Virus record (IMG/VR): IMGVR_UViG_3300017963_000189
Reading direction: 5' to 3' (one strand)
Origin: a virus
Taxonomy: Duplodnaviria > Caudoviricetes
DNA: 64,000 nucleotides
In this document: positions 30,341-40,726 of the stretch, piece after piece
Numbering within the stretch: the stretch's first letter is position 1
Layout of the letters: every line of letters starts with the position of its first letter
Notes under the pieces: generated by a model
Database searches by the model: none
Told to the model about the DNA's origin: nothing
The model's input: the letters and a program-made list of their open reading frames with translations, nothing else
Made by a program: the position numbers and the translations under genes

Positions 30341-30709
30341 TTATGACAACAATTCAATCTCTATACTCAATACTTCATGAATAAATGTACCGATATTTTG
30401 TAAGTCTTTTGCCTTTGTCTCGGGCAAATGTATCTCTTTGTTCCTATCATCTAATGCTTGATCTACAACAAGTCTATACGTGTCCATCTTGGAAAATGGT
30501 AAATGATTTCTTATTTGTGTAGTAAATACAAATAAATCCTCTACCCGTATCTTATCCTTTTGGAATACGTGTTTTACTGGAGTATCAACAGATGGAATAC
30601 CTAATGCGGAAACAATCTTGTCGTTTACCCGATATACAGATACTAAAACTTTTACCTTTTGTGATTTTTTAACCGTTGTTTTAGTTGTCTTTTCTTTCGT
30701 TTCTGCCAT
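30341..30709 (-). CDS. Hypothetical protein
   Basis: ORF with GGAG RBS. Confidence 0.5.
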   Translation of the reverse strand: MAETKEKTTKTTVKKSQKVKVLVSVYRVNDKIVSALGIPSVDTPVKHVFQKDKIRVEDLFVFTTQIRNHLPFSKMDTYRLVVDQALDDRNKEIHLPETKAKDLQNIGTFIHEVLSIEIELLS

Positions 30710-30710
30710 T

Positions 30711-31244
30711 TTATTCTCCTTTTAATTTATTTATCGCCTCTTGAATCAAATCTTCATGAAACCCTTTTTCCATTGTAGTATGTATAAACTTTCCCTTATG
30801 TAAGGGCTCAATATCAGACAATTCATCATCTATAATTATATAAGAATCAACATTTTTATTCTCACTCAACCATAAATTTATCTCATTTCCACGTTCATGT
30901 TCCCAAAACATTTGTAAATCATTTATAGTTTTGATTCCTATATCCTCTTTATACTCTTTCCAAACTGGCGTCCTTCCTATAACAATCCCACGAAAGTCGG
31001 CGTTCATCAAATACATAATCAACTCATTTATTGGATGTAAATCTCGCCATGACGATGATATAACTACAAATGCTTGCGTTTCATCTATAACCTTGTTGAT
31101 GTTTTCTACCAACTTTGGATCAATCATTTTTTGACTATACAAATTACGATCACCATCTTTATTCGCTTTCGCAAATGTACGGGCGTCACTGATAGAATCA
31201 TTGGTACATATTACTCCATCAAAATCTAAAAATATAACTTTCAT
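30711..31244 (-). CDS. HAD-superfamily phosphatase, RNA-repair (Swiss Army Knife-like) type
   Basis: IFLDFDGVI, VISSSWR, ERGNEINLWL, YIIIDD. Confidence 0.8.
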   Translation of the reverse strand: MKVIFLDFDGVICTNDSISDARTFAKANKDGDRNLYSQKMIDPKLVENINKVIDETQAFVVISSSWRDLHPINELIMYLMNADFRGIVIGRTPVWKEYKEDIGIKTINDLQMFWEHERGNEINLWLSENKNVDSYIIIDDELSDIEPLHKGKFIHTTMEKGFHEDLIQEAINKLKGE

Positions 31245-31380
31245 CCTAATAACTCCGGATATTTCATTTCAAAATACTTGAATATCGCCACTATTGTAAA
31301 TGCGATTATTACACCATATCTTTCTATTACAATACCAAATATAATGGCGAATACACAAAATATAATCCATCCAATACATT

Positions 31381-33369
31381 TTATTTTTTGTTTTTTCTTC
31401 TCTTTTTCATCCATGCAAATAACTTGTTTATGTTTGTCGCCTTATCAAATATTTCTTCCTTACCAACTACCACACCATATACGTGTTCCTCAATCGTATC
31501 TTCGCCTATCAAATAATATACGTTCACGGCATTCTTTTGTCCTATTCGATGGGCTCTATCCTCGGCTTGTGTTAGCATCGCCGGTGTCCAGGGTAACTCA
31601 AGAAACGCAACCTTGTCACACACATCTTGTAATCCGTCTATACCAACTCCACCAGATTGAACCGAGGCGACAAATAGTTGTATTCTCTTGTCCTTGATAA
31701 ACTTGTTTACCAAATCCTCAACTTGATCACTCATTCCACCATATAATAATACAGCCCTATCTTTGTATTTCTCATAAACTTGTTCCGCAGCATCCCTGTG
31801 ATGCGTAAACAAAATCAACTTACTCGATTGTTCTAATGTATCATCTATCCACTCTAACGCCGCTTTCATTTTATACTCAACCGCAGCTTGTCGTAAATAT
31901 TCTACCTTTACCATCTTCTCAGCAAACGCACTACGATTTTGTAACTTTTCGTCTACTGCTTCCAAGATTTCATGTTCACTCATTTCATCTTGTTTTCGTA
32001 GTTTCGTCTCATACCAATTTATAGAATCATCCTCAACTTTTTCGTAAGCCGGAACATCAGATAATGGCAAATAAACTACTTGTCTAACTTTATCAGGTAA
32101 CTCAGTTAAAACATCCCTTTTCATACGACGAATCATACAAGATTTTCTCAACTCAACTTGTAGTTCTTCCTCGTTCGCCGAACCATATGTCGTACCAAAC
32201 CCATTCCATTGTGGCGGAGCGTAGCGGTTTATAAATTTCCTCTTTCCACCAAAATGTGTGTCCAAAATTCCTAACAAATCAAGCTGTGGTGCTAATTCAA
32301 CAGTTCGATTTAGTATCGGTGTACCGGTCGTCAAAATCTTGAATGGAACATTCTTGAAATTTTTGAGTATGTAATCCGTTCGAGCAGCTTTTGGATTTTT
32401 CAAATAGTGACTTTCGTCACATACAATGACTTTTGGTTTTCTTACCACAAAACGATTTGATACCTTTGACGCCATTGAATAACTTACAATGTATAAATCA
32501 CCAGGTGGAATGATTTTGTTCTTATCAACCGCAACCACACTTTTATGAGGCAACCACGTCTTTATTTCTCGCGCCCAATTTTTCTTCAGCATCGCTGGTA
32601 CAACAATCAATGCTGGATATAGTTGATGGTACTCTATAATCGCTAACGCTTGTATTGTCTTTCCTAATCCCATTTCGTCAGCGATAAGGATTGACCTTTT
32701 ATGTTTTGAGTATTCCACCGATACTTTTTGGAATGGATATAGTTTCTCAAACATACCCTTGAATTCTTCCGTTTCTTCCATTTCAGCGGTTACGGATAAC
32801 TCAAATAACTTCTTTTGTTTCTCAATCTCTTTCTTTAGTCTCTGTTTCGCCTTTTTTACTTTTTCTTCGTCAATGTCATATCCTATTACTTTAACTAATG
32901 GATGATTTGTTAGTTCATCAAATACATTTTCATCACGAATAATTGAAAACCAAACTCCATCTTGATTTTGGCGAAATTCAAATTGAAAATCTAAATCCTT
33001 CTTAAAAAATCCTATTAATATGTCAAACTTGTCTTTCGGTAACCAGGGTAACCTGACCTCTATTACATTATTATCACCTACTATTTTAATGTTTATTTTA
33101 TCGTATACCGGTCGTTCCTTGTTAACTTCATCATTTTTTGAACTTAATGTTTCATAATCAATTTCATACTTGTCTAATACACTCTTGTTCTTTACTAAAC
33201 ATTCATCTATAAGTTTTACTTTACCATAATCCGTTATCTTTCCTCTCAACAAGTGTTCCAATAATATTCTATCAGCGCCAGAAAATCCCTGTATCTTTCC
33301 TTGTTTAACAAAATCAAGAAATAGTTTAGCGAATTTTACGGTATAATGTTCATTATAGTTGTTACTCAC
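31381..33369 (-). CDS. SNF2-family helicase (SMARCAL1/HARP-like)
   Basis: LYPFQ, ADEMGLGKTIQA, VCDESHYLKN, LTTGTPILNR, GGVGIDGL, QAEDRAHRIGQ. Confidence 0.92.
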   Translation of the reverse strand: MSNNYNEHYTVKFAKLFLDFVKQGKIQGFSGADRILLEHLLRGKITDYGKVKLIDECLVKNKSVLDKYEIDYETLSSKNDEVNKERPVYDKINIKIVGDNNVIEVRLPWLPKDKFDILIGFFKKDLDFQFEFRQNQDGVWFSIIRDENVFDELTNHPLVKVIGYDIDEEKVKKAKQRLKKEIEKQKKLFELSVTAEMEETEEFKGMFEKLYPFQKVSVEYSKHKRSILIADEMGLGKTIQALAIIEYHQLYPALIVVPAMLKKNWAREIKTWLPHKSVVAVDKNKIIPPGDLYIVSYSMASKVSNRFVVRKPKVIVCDESHYLKNPKAARTDYILKNFKNVPFKILTTGTPILNRTVELAPQLDLLGILDTHFGGKRKFINRYAPPQWNGFGTTYGSANEEELQVELRKSCMIRRMKRDVLTELPDKVRQVVYLPLSDVPAYEKVEDDSINWYETKLRKQDEMSEHEILEAVDEKLQNRSAFAEKMVKVEYLRQAAVEYKMKAALEWIDDTLEQSSKLILFTHHRDAAEQVYEKYKDRAVLLYGGMSDQVEDLVNKFIKDKRIQLFVASVQSGGVGIDGLQDVCDKVAFLELPWTPAMLTQAEDRAHRIGQKNAVNVYYLIGEDTIEEHVYGVVVGKEEIFDKATNINKLFAWMKKRRKNKK

Positions 33370-33743
33370 ATACTCTCTCCGATTTGGATTACTCTACCAT
33401 AAACGTTCTTTGTCCAACCGTTTATCCGTCCATGATTATTTCCAATCAATAGTCCACGTTTATCATTTTTTCCTTTTACTAAATGTGTATAAAGATTTCC
33501 CTTGACCTTACAATAAACTATGTCGCCTACATTACATTCTTCCCACGTCACCGGTTCCAGTGTAACCGGTTGACGAGATTTGATTAACGGCATCATAGAG
33601 TTGCCAGGTTCTTTGGAAATTATTGTCTCTCCATTCAATAACTTTTCAACTTTCCAATTCAAATACTTTCTCCAAAATGGGCTCAAATCGTCTAAAGATA
33701 CGCCAACGGGCTTCCTCTTTGTCGATAAATCCTGCCCAATCAA
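33366..33743 (-). CDS. S24/S26 peptidase-like protein (true start probably internal)
   Basis: GNSMMPLI...VGDIVYCKV...THLVK. Confidence 0.6.
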   Translation of the reverse strand: MIGQDLSTKRKPVGVSLDDLSPFWRKYLNWKVEKLLNGETIISKEPGNSMMPLIKSRQPVTLEPVTWEECNVGDIVYCKVKGNLYTHLVKGKNDKRGLLIGNNHGRINGWTKNVYGRVIQIGESM

Positions 33744-34089
33744 TCTCTCTTATTTGTAGTAAATCCTTTGGTATTGTTGGATAAATGTGTTTTATAAAAT
33801 GTTTGTCCTTTATCCTAACAACAAACCAAAATACTTTCTTGTATGTCTTACCTTGTTTATTCTTATAGTTTATTACTTTTGGTTCACCACTTTCTACCAT
33901 GTCGGGCGAAAACTCAACCCCGAATTCCTCTCTCGTTTCTCTTATCGCTGCGTCTAACTCACTCTCTCCAATCTCTATCTTTCCCTTTGGAATGCTGTAT
34001 GAGCCTTTCCACGGTGCTCCGGTGGGATGTCCTAATAAAATACTATCTTCGTAGATAATAACTAAACCGGCCGATTTCTCTATTCCCAT
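33646..34089 (-). CDS. Nudix hydrolase
   Basis: PKGKIEIGESELDAAIRETREEFG Nudix box. Confidence 0.9.
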   Translation of the reverse strand: MGIEKSAGLVIIYEDSILLGHPTGAPWKGSYSIPKGKIEIGESELDAAIRETREEFGVEFSPDMVESGEPKVINYKNKQGKTYKKVFWFVVRIKDKHFIKHIYPTIPKDLLQIREIDWAGFIDKEEARWRIFRRFEPILEKVFELES

Positions 34090-34116
34090 TTCTCACCTAT
34101 ATATAAATATATAACT

Positions 34117-34494
34117 TTAGTATTTCCAACCATTTTTCTCAACATATATCCATTCACGTAATTCACCACCATATGAATTGTAATCATACATAACTTTTAT
34201 CGTGTCGCCAACTTCAATGTGTCGAATAATAGCTGGGTCGGTAATAACCTTGTTACCAATGTTCGGAACAACCAACACTATACTATTTTCATTCTTCTCA
34301 ATAAAACTACCATCAGGTACAATGATTTCCGTTTCAACCGGTAATGCTAATCCTACAAAAAGAAAACCAAAAATTATTGTAAAAAAAGCTAAAAAGAACC
34401 CGAACCCCATCATTCCATCAAGATCAATCATCACTCCAAGAAAGAATATAATAATACCAACTGCTAAAAGTATTCCACTAATTATCAAAACCAT
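34117..34494 (-). CDS. Membrane protein
   Basis: Two N-terminal hydrophobic helices. Confidence 0.55.
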   Translation of the reverse strand: MVLIISGILLAVGIIIFFLGVMIDLDGMMGFGFFLAFFTIIFGFLFVGLALPVETEIIVPDGSFIEKNENSIVLVVPNIGNKVITDPAIIRHIEVGDTIKVMYDYNSYGGELREWIYVEKNGWKY

Positions 34495-34497
34495 AAC

Positions 34498-35268
34498 TTA
34501 ATCTCCTATATTTCTACTTGTTATCCATTTTTCAATTATATATCTTTTATCCTTTACAAAATATGGTATTCTTGTATCGGCGACCCAGCGTGACCTTTCC
34601 ACCATTCCATCACCAACTACCACATCGTAACTTTCTTTATATACGACAAATCCCCACTTTTGTAAAGGTGTAAGATTATCCCACAAAATACCCTTTTTAT
34701 AACACATATCAACCATTTCTTGTTGATTCTTTCCATTACATTCACTGTGACTATATAATGAACGAGCAAGAGCTTGAATGGAATTTCTCTTGGCATCTTG
34801 TTGTCTCCAAATGAAAACATTTTCTATTTCGCCGACAGTTGGCACATTGAAAACTCGGGCATCAAATAATGCTGATGTCCATTGATCAAAATGACCCACT
34901 CCCTTTAGATTGAAATGTGCGGTGAACGCGGAAGCCATAATGGATGTGATCTTTTGTATCTTTCCACCAAAATACATTTGTGAATCAGGATTCGCCCATC
35001 CATTCAATAAAAATGTGACTTCATCAGATTGCCCGTAAGCCATAAGTATTTGTCCTACATCACGACATAAATCAATAGTCGCTTGTTGAAACAATAATGA
35101 CAAACGATAATCAAATGGTTTCTCGATGTTCATTCGTTTTACCCATGTGTGAAACGCCTTACCATCAAGGCGAACAAACGTAGGCATATTTTGATTTACA
35201 TATCCTAACTCCGGAGAATAAAATTCCTTCTCATACATTTTCATCCGGTCGCCTAATGAATCACTCAT
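34498..35268 (-). CDS. tRNA(His) guanylyltransferase Thg1-like protein (3'-5' polymerase)
   Basis: GDRMKMYE, VRLDGKAFH, AYGQSDEVTF, FDARVF, WRQQDAKRNSI. Confidence 0.92.
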   Translation of the reverse strand: MSDSLGDRMKMYEKEFYSPELGYVNQNMPTFVRLDGKAFHTWVKRMNIEKPFDYRLSLLFQQATIDLCRDVGQILMAYGQSDEVTFLLNGWANPDSQMYFGGKIQKITSIMASAFTAHFNLKGVGHFDQWTSALFDARVFNVPTVGEIENVFIWRQQDAKRNSIQALARSLYSHSECNGKNQQEMVDMCYKKGILWDNLTPLQKWGFVVYKESYDVVVGDGMVERSRWVADTRIPYFVKDKRYIIEKWITSRNIGD

Positions 35269-35567
35269 AATTCCTCCGTCCATTGACAATGTTCATACGC
35301 ATCGTTTGAGCCTTCTTCATACTTTAGTTGCATAACTTCATCTATTTCATCTAAAAGTTCTTTGCTCAATTTTATACCAAATTCCACACAAGATTCTAAC
35401 TTAGCCATCAATACATTGTAACGATAATTTACTTCAGATAAAGTAACGTGTTGTATAAACTTTCCATCAATCCATAACTCCGCATCATAATATGGATATG
35501 AACCATCAATCTTTTTTACGTTACGATATTCTTTATCACGATACTTTTTTCCCATCTTTCTTTCCAT
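35265..35567 (-). CDS. Hypothetical protein
   Basis: ORF track. Confidence 0.45.
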   Translation of the reverse strand: MERKMGKKYRDKEYRNVKKIDGSYPYYDAELWIDGKFIQHVTLSEVNYRYNVLMAKLESCVEFGIKLSKELLDEIDEVMQLKYEEGSNDAYEHCQWTEEL

Positions 35568-35742
35568 AATTTATTTTACTTACATCATACTCACTTATTA
35601 TTTTTGACATTTCATTACATTTTTGGAGCCACAAAGCATCGTCCTTGAGTGTCGTTTTACCATCTTTCTTCTTTTCACGGTACTTCCTACTATACTCAAC
35701 AAACGACCTTATGACTTCCATTGTCTCTTTGTGTGTCGCCAT
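35536..35742 (-). CDS. Hypothetical protein
   Basis: ORF with GGAG RBS. Confidence 0.5.
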   Translation of the reverse strand: MATHKETMEVIRSFVEYSRKYREKKKDGKTTLKDDALWLQKCNEMSKIISEYDVSKINYGKKDGKKVS

Positions 35743-35743
35743 T

Positions 35744-35923
35744 TTACTCCTTTACTTTGACTACATTATGTTTTACATGAACATATAAAAGAATGGCCAT
35801 TACCCCAATCAAATATACACCCGCCCAATCAATAGGTACATTGAATATAGAATACTTTACCATTATTACAAATACCGGTATAGCCATTAACGCAATTATT
35901 ATGTTTCTCATACGTTCTTTCAT
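35744..35923 (-). CDS. Small membrane protein
   Basis: Two TM segments; start estimated within track ORF 35744..35980. Confidence 0.45.
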   Translation of the reverse strand: MKERMRNIIIALMAIPVFVIMVKYSIFNVPIDWAGVYLIGVMAILLYVHVKHNVVKVKE

Positions 35924-35992
35924 GACACTTCCTTTCATTATAAGTTGATATAATATAATAAATAAAAATGGATTTGTCAACTGTTTTTTTAG

Positions 35993-36018
35993 AAAAAAAG
36001 GGCGATTCCTCGCCCTTT
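35993..36018 (-). terminator. Rho-independent terminator
   Basis: AAAGGGCGA-TTCC-TCGCCCTTT hairpin plus T-run. Confidence 0.8.
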
Positions 36019-36050
36019 CGATGTAACCTTATACTTATTATACTAATAAC

Positions 36051-36920
36051 TTAAAACTTTGTTCCACATTTCGGGCAGAATGCAAAATTCTTCTTTCTTC
36101 GTTTACCACACTGAGTACAATATTCTCGTGTCGCTTCTTGAATGTTTACTCGTTTTTTGGATAATGGAAAGATTTGAAATTCTTCAATGTGAGAAACCCA
36201 ACTTTCAAAATCAATATTCGTTTTATGGAATTTTTGTTTTGACTTTTTACCTTTCTCAATACGTCCAGTTTCTTCAGTTGGAACAGGTAAACTACATTGC
36301 ATTTCATCCCCAAGAGACACTTCCTTACAAGGATTTACATTACTTGTTGTAAATGAAATGTTATTATCACTACTATTTGAAATCGTTATCGTTCCACTTA
36401 AATTCGGATCAGCAGTATCTCCACCCGTATTACAATACCAATATGGTTCATATGGTGGGCAAGGCGTAATGTCTCGTTTATGGTAATGATGATGGTAAAT
36501 ATGAGTAGATACCGGTTGAATCAACCAATTAGGAAATTGTCTTTCCTTATAAAACTCGATCTTGACTTTACCATTTTCGGCGACCAAATGACCACGACCT
36601 TGTTCAATCTCATACGTCTCAAACTTGAACTTGTGTTTCTTCTTTCCACTCGCTGTTATATCAGGTGTGTCCAAAAATACGTGTTCACCAGGTTTCAAAA
36701 CTAATCCACTTTCGGATGTCTTTTCGCCGTTTAAACTGATCATGGCGAGCCATGTGTAGGGCGTACAGTTGTCCAACTCAATTTGGAATTCCGTTCCGTC
36801 AGCCATAAAGACCTGATTGTAAGGATAAGTTTTGATTCTGGATTTGTTAATTGTGATGTGCGCTGATGGATAATCCATAACAGCGACGGATGATGTGCTA
36901 ACGCGTCTGTGTTGTTTCAT
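36051..36920 (-). CDS. Conserved hypothetical protein with C-terminal double Zn ribbon
   Basis: GTEFQIEL...GLVLKPGEHVFL...ETGRIEKG; CTQCG...FCPKCG. Confidence 0.65.
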   Translation of the reverse strand: MKQHRRVSTSSVAVMDYPSAHITINKSRIKTYPYNQVFMADGTEFQIELDNCTPYTWLAMISLNGEKTSESGLVLKPGEHVFLDTPDITASGKKKHKFKFETYEIEQGRGHLVAENGKVKIEFYKERQFPNWLIQPVSTHIYHHHYHKRDITPCPPYEPYWYCNTGGDTADPNLSGTITISNSSDNNISFTTSNVNPCKEVSLGDEMQCSLPVPTEETGRIEKGKKSKQKFHKTNIDFESWVSHIEEFQIFPLSKKRVNIQEATREYCTQCGKRRKKNFAFCPKCGTKF

Positions 36921-37052
36921 AGCAATTCTCCTTATTTATTTGATAAATACCTGCAAACCAATTCATGTCCCGTTGGAACATTCTAAAGTCACCATTAACT
37001 CTTGGCTAACAGATTGATGAATTACATATATAAATATATAAAAATTTATTTT

Positions 37053-37685
37053 TTACTTATGTAACACTTTTGATTCTTCTAATTCTTTTGTATAAAAACA
37101 ATAATGTAACATTGGATATTCTGCAATATATCTTACAGGTTCCCTATCTCCAGGTAAAGTAGGTTTCGCACAATATTTATATGGTTTATATCCTATACCT
37201 TCTACCCATTTATACGCTTTACAATGTCTTGGATTTGGATATTTCATTACGTGTCGCCCATCGTCCGTAATCATTTTATACGAAAACATCATTATATCAT
37301 CACTCGATACCATAAACTTTTTTAAGTCAATAAGAAAATCCTCGTGAAATGTTTCATCTTCGTCTGGCGACAAAATGATGTCAGGTTTTTCGTCGTCTAA
37401 CTCTCGTAATAATTCCTCTCTCCAATTCCACCGATTCCACTTTATATCACTCGTAAATGTAATGAGCTTTGTTCCACTGGCTGCTTCTATACACTGGAGC
37501 CAAATGTCGGTGTCGCCATTTACCTCGTCAAATCTCAAAACTAATATGTCTACTAACTTTTTTAGTTCGCGGATCATCCGGGGCGCCATAGGGAAATCAT
37601 TTATCGCTACGATTCCTGCTACCTTTTTCTCTATCTCGTTGATTGTAAAACCTTCGTCACTAAAACCTTTTATTTTATATTTCAC
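37053..37685 (-). CDS. Glycosyltransferase family 2-like protein
   Basis: PDIILSPDEDETF DxD-like motif; NWREELL; MLHY. Confidence 0.5.
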   Translation of the reverse strand: MKYKIKGFSDEGFTINEIEKKVAGIVAINDFPMAPRMIRELKKLVDILVLRFDEVNGDTDIWLQCIEAASGTKLITFTSDIKWNRWNWREELLRELDDEKPDIILSPDEDETFHEDFLIDLKKFMVSSDDIMMFSYKMITDDGRHVMKYPNPRHCKAYKWVEGIGYKPYKYCAKPTLPGDREPVRYIAEYPMLHYCFYTKELEESKVLHK

Positions 37686-37993
37686 TGTAACTTTTCCTCG
37701 TCAAACTCGTCAAATGTTATGATCGCTGGACAATACTGCATCTTACCATTCTTGAAATGTTTGATCCATACATCGGGTGCTTCAGAGCCTTGTCCATACA
37801 ATGTAATTACATAATCTTCATGTTTCTTGGAAAATTCTCTCAAATCCTTTTCATGCTCTAACCAGATTGTCGGATCGCCGCTTAACGCATATTTGGCTTC
37901 CTTATATTCCTCACAAATCGCATCAATAATTTCTTCCGCATATGGCTCTACATCTATCGAATATAAAACAAACTCATTCATCGTCATTCCCAA
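37682..37993 (-). CDS. Hypothetical protein
   Basis: ORF track. Confidence 0.5.
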   Translation of the reverse strand: MGMTMNEFVLYSIDVEPYAEEIIDAICEEYKEAKYALSGDPTIWLEHEKDLREFSKKHEDYVITLYGQGSEAPDVWIKHFKNGKMQYCPAIITFDEFDEEKLQ

Positions 37994-38789
37994 AAAGTTT
38001 ATCAGGATCCCATCTGTATAGGTGTCCGTCTTTCTCAGCTCCCTCTATACCCTTTTCCTTGATAATTTCGTCTAACTCGTCGCCAGTCTTTCGTATTTCT
38101 TCGCCCGTTTCGTCACGACGATCAGGATCACCGTAAAAAGAAATGTCGTCCAAAATTCCACCAACTACATCAAATACAGTCATCTTCTTGTGACCTATAA
38201 CACAATACCAATAATCAGGATCGTCAGGAGTTTTATTCGTTTGGTATCTTTCCCAATCCAACATTCTGTATTCAGTATCTATCTTAAAGGGATAGCCTTT
38301 CATCTCATTTATTGGTGTAAATGAAAAAGAGATGCCCATATCATCCATCCAATCACCAGTTTCTTCGTCAAGTGTTTCGCCACGACCACCAAAACCTACC
38401 CATTCCTCAACTTCTCTATATTCACCATTGATACTCTTATCCCACCATTCAGTTGACCAAGCAACTTGTAAATACTTTGTTCGGGTATGACCATCGGGCT
38501 TATCCACAAATGGTTTCTTCCATTCGTCTACCCACTTACCCAAATCAAAATGACCAAGTTGACTGGCGAAAATCACACTAATAATTTCATGGTTGTCCAT
38601 AACATGATTGAAAAAATCCTCAAATGTTATATCGTCCTCTACTCGTATTTCTTCATTGAGATATGGTATAAAACTCTCTACTTTGTTTTCAAGTTGTTCG
38701 CCATCATCCCAATCACGGTAATATATTCCATCCTTTTTGATAAGGATTCCTCTTGTAAATTCACTCATAATAACCTCTCTATTTTTCAT
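37974..38789 (-). CDS. Acidic hypothetical protein
   Basis: ORF track. Confidence 0.55.
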   Translation of the reverse strand: MKNREVIMSEFTRGILIKKDGIYYRDWDDGEQLENKVESFIPYLNEEIRVEDDITFEDFFNHVMDNHEIISVIFASQLGHFDLGKWVDEWKKPFVDKPDGHTRTKYLQVAWSTEWWDKSINGEYREVEEWVGFGGRGETLDEETGDWMDDMGISFSFTPINEMKGYPFKIDTEYRMLDWERYQTNKTPDDPDYWYCVIGHKKMTVFDVVGGILDDISFYGDPDRRDETGEEIRKTGDELDEIIKEKGIEGAEKDGHLYRWDPDKLFGNDDE

Positions 38790-40380
38790 TTACAGGATCA
38801 CTTTGTACTGAATAATCAACATCAGGATCATCTTCCATATGACCCACATTTACACTACCACCTGCTTGAAATGGCGACCGTATAATCATTCCTTGACCCT
38901 CTTTCTTTACTTTTCTTACAGCATCCTCAAAATACGCTCGTATCTCGTCATTTGTTACGGGTGATTTCTTTTTTTCCTCTATCTCTTTCTCAAACGCTTC
39001 TTCGTCCTTTTTCTCAGGTTCCGTCCTCATTTTATCAAAAAACTCGTTTTTGTGTTTTACCTTTTCTACCGCATCTATAATCTTTTCTTTTGGTATGTCG
39101 CCCGATTTCGCAGGCTCTTGAACTATTCGTTCTTTTGTTGGTTCATCTTGTCCTACCTTTTTCGTCGTTTCCTCTAATGCCTCAGAAAAATCTTCGTCTA
39201 AATCCTCTTGACTTTCAATGAAATGTTTAAATAACTCAGTTCCTGCTTTTAACTCTTTCTCTACCTCAACTTCATTTTCCATTTCCTCAATTTCGTCGTC
39301 TACCTCTTGAAGAAAATCCTTTTCCTCTTTTATCTTCTTTTCTATGTTGTCAAATGATTCTTCTATCGGTTTCGCAGATTCTATACCCGGTTTATCAAAA
39401 ATAATTTCATCGTCCTCGTCGTCCTCTTGTGGTATATCATAACCACCAAATTCACCTACCTCTAAACCAATGTGTTCTTGTGGTATAGGATCAAATGAAC
39501 TTGTAATAGAAAAATCTCCCGGTAACGCAGGATCAATACCTACACTATATTCTTTCTCTTGTCTACCTTTCATTATCACAGAGTTATAGGCGACAATCAA
39601 AGCAATAGCTAATGGATCAAACACAAATACAATGACCAATGTAAACCATTTCATTACATTGTCCATCGTCGTATTGAATATACGTGCCATATAAACCAAA
39701 GGCCCAACGTCTACACCGGTGTCTATCATTTCAAGTTTTTTGTCCGAAATGTCCTGTTCTACGGTAGATAATCTCACATTCGTTGTATCAAGTTGTTCGG
39801 TGTAACGTGAAATGTTGTCGTCTATTCTCGTTAATTCTTCGTCATATCTCTTGTGTGCTTGACTATTTCTCCACGCTCTATACTTTACAGAATTAGAATC
39901 CGTCGCTGTATTGTTAGCAGCTATCTCACTGTTACGATTCTCAATGGTTGATTGTCTCTCCGCTCTCAGTGTCGCTATATCACTTTTCAATCTTTCTCGT
40001 TCATCCACTAAATTTTGTTTTCGTTGATCCAATACTTGAGCTTGACTATTGATTTTATCTAATCCTATCGTCGCCCCTTGATAACTGTTAGTCAAATAAC
40101 CATAAATACCACCGGACGTTACTAACATCAATACCAATACTGCTATCGATAAATACGTCTTTAATCCCCAACCTGTTGTTTTCCAATACCTATACAAAAA
40201 TGACGCGGTGATGATCTTGGCGAATTCCAAGGCACCCATGGCGATTGCCACGTATAACATTTCCCCTGAGTATAACATGGATAAACCCGTTACAGAAAAG
40301 ATCGCTGCAGCAGCAGCTACCAGTAACGCTGAAAATCCCAATAAGGTTGTGAATATTTTTGAGTTAGTTTTTTCGAGCAT
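38779..40380 (-). CDS. Membrane protein with long coiled coil and acidic tail
   Basis: Three N-terminal TMs (IFSVTGLS...LEFAKIITAS...GGIYGYL), coiled coil, fourth TM VFVFDPLAIAL. Confidence 0.7.
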   Translation of the reverse strand: MLEKTNSKIFTTLLGFSALLVAAAAAIFSVTGLSMLYSGEMLYVAIAMGALEFAKIITASFLYRYWKTTGWGLKTYLSIAVLVLMLVTSGGIYGYLTNSYQGATIGLDKINSQAQVLDQRKQNLVDERERLKSDIATLRAERQSTIENRNSEIAANNTATDSNSVKYRAWRNSQAHKRYDEELTRIDDNISRYTEQLDTTNVRLSTVEQDISDKKLEMIDTGVDVGPLVYMARIFNTTMDNVMKWFTLVIVFVFDPLAIALIVAYNSVIMKGRQEKEYSVGIDPALPGDFSITSSFDPIPQEHIGLEVGEFGGYDIPQEDDEDDEIIFDKPGIESAKPIEESFDNIEKKIKEEKDFLQEVDDEIEEMENEVEVEKELKAGTELFKHFIESQEDLDEDFSEALEETTKKVGQDEPTKERIVQEPAKSGDIPKEKIIDAVEKVKHKNEFFDKMRTEPEKKDEEAFEKEIEEKKKSPVTNDEIRAYFEDAVRKVKKEGQGMIIRSPFQAGGSVNVGHMEDDPDVDYSVQSDPVNEK

Positions 40381-40382
40381 TT

Positions 40383-40562
40383 TTAATCTTGATTTTCTCT
40401 ATTGAGTAAAGCCAGGATTTGTCCTAACTCGTGTTGAATTTTACCGTAAGATTCATGAACCTGTTCTTTTGTTAACGCATCCTTTTCAATGGAACGTTTT
40501 AACCCTTCTACGTTGTCGGTTAATCTTTCAATCTTTTCTACTATAATATCTTTAAATCTCAT
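40383..40562 (-). CDS. 59-aa hypothetical protein (MRFKDIIVEKIERLTDNVEGL...)
   Basis: Read by hand; AAGG RBS; fills gap. Confidence 0.5.
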   Translation of the reverse strand: MRFKDIIVEKIERLTDNVEGLKRSIEKDALTKEQVHESYGKIQHELGQILALLNRENQD

Positions 40563-40641
40563 AACATATCCTTTCCGTTTACGTTTTACACATACTTATA
40601 TAAATATTAAACTATTGAAAAATCAAATAGTTCCACAAAAT

Positions 40642-40671
40642 AAAAAACCCGCCCTACACAAATGGGGCGGG
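40642..40671 (-). terminator. Terminator downstream of Ro60 gene
   Basis: CCCGCCC...GGGCGGG hairpin plus T6. Confidence 0.75.
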
Positions 40672-40726
40672 TCTCGGCTAAGTTCATAGCTCTCCCAGAG
40701 TCCTCCAGTCTCCCGGCTGTTCTGGA

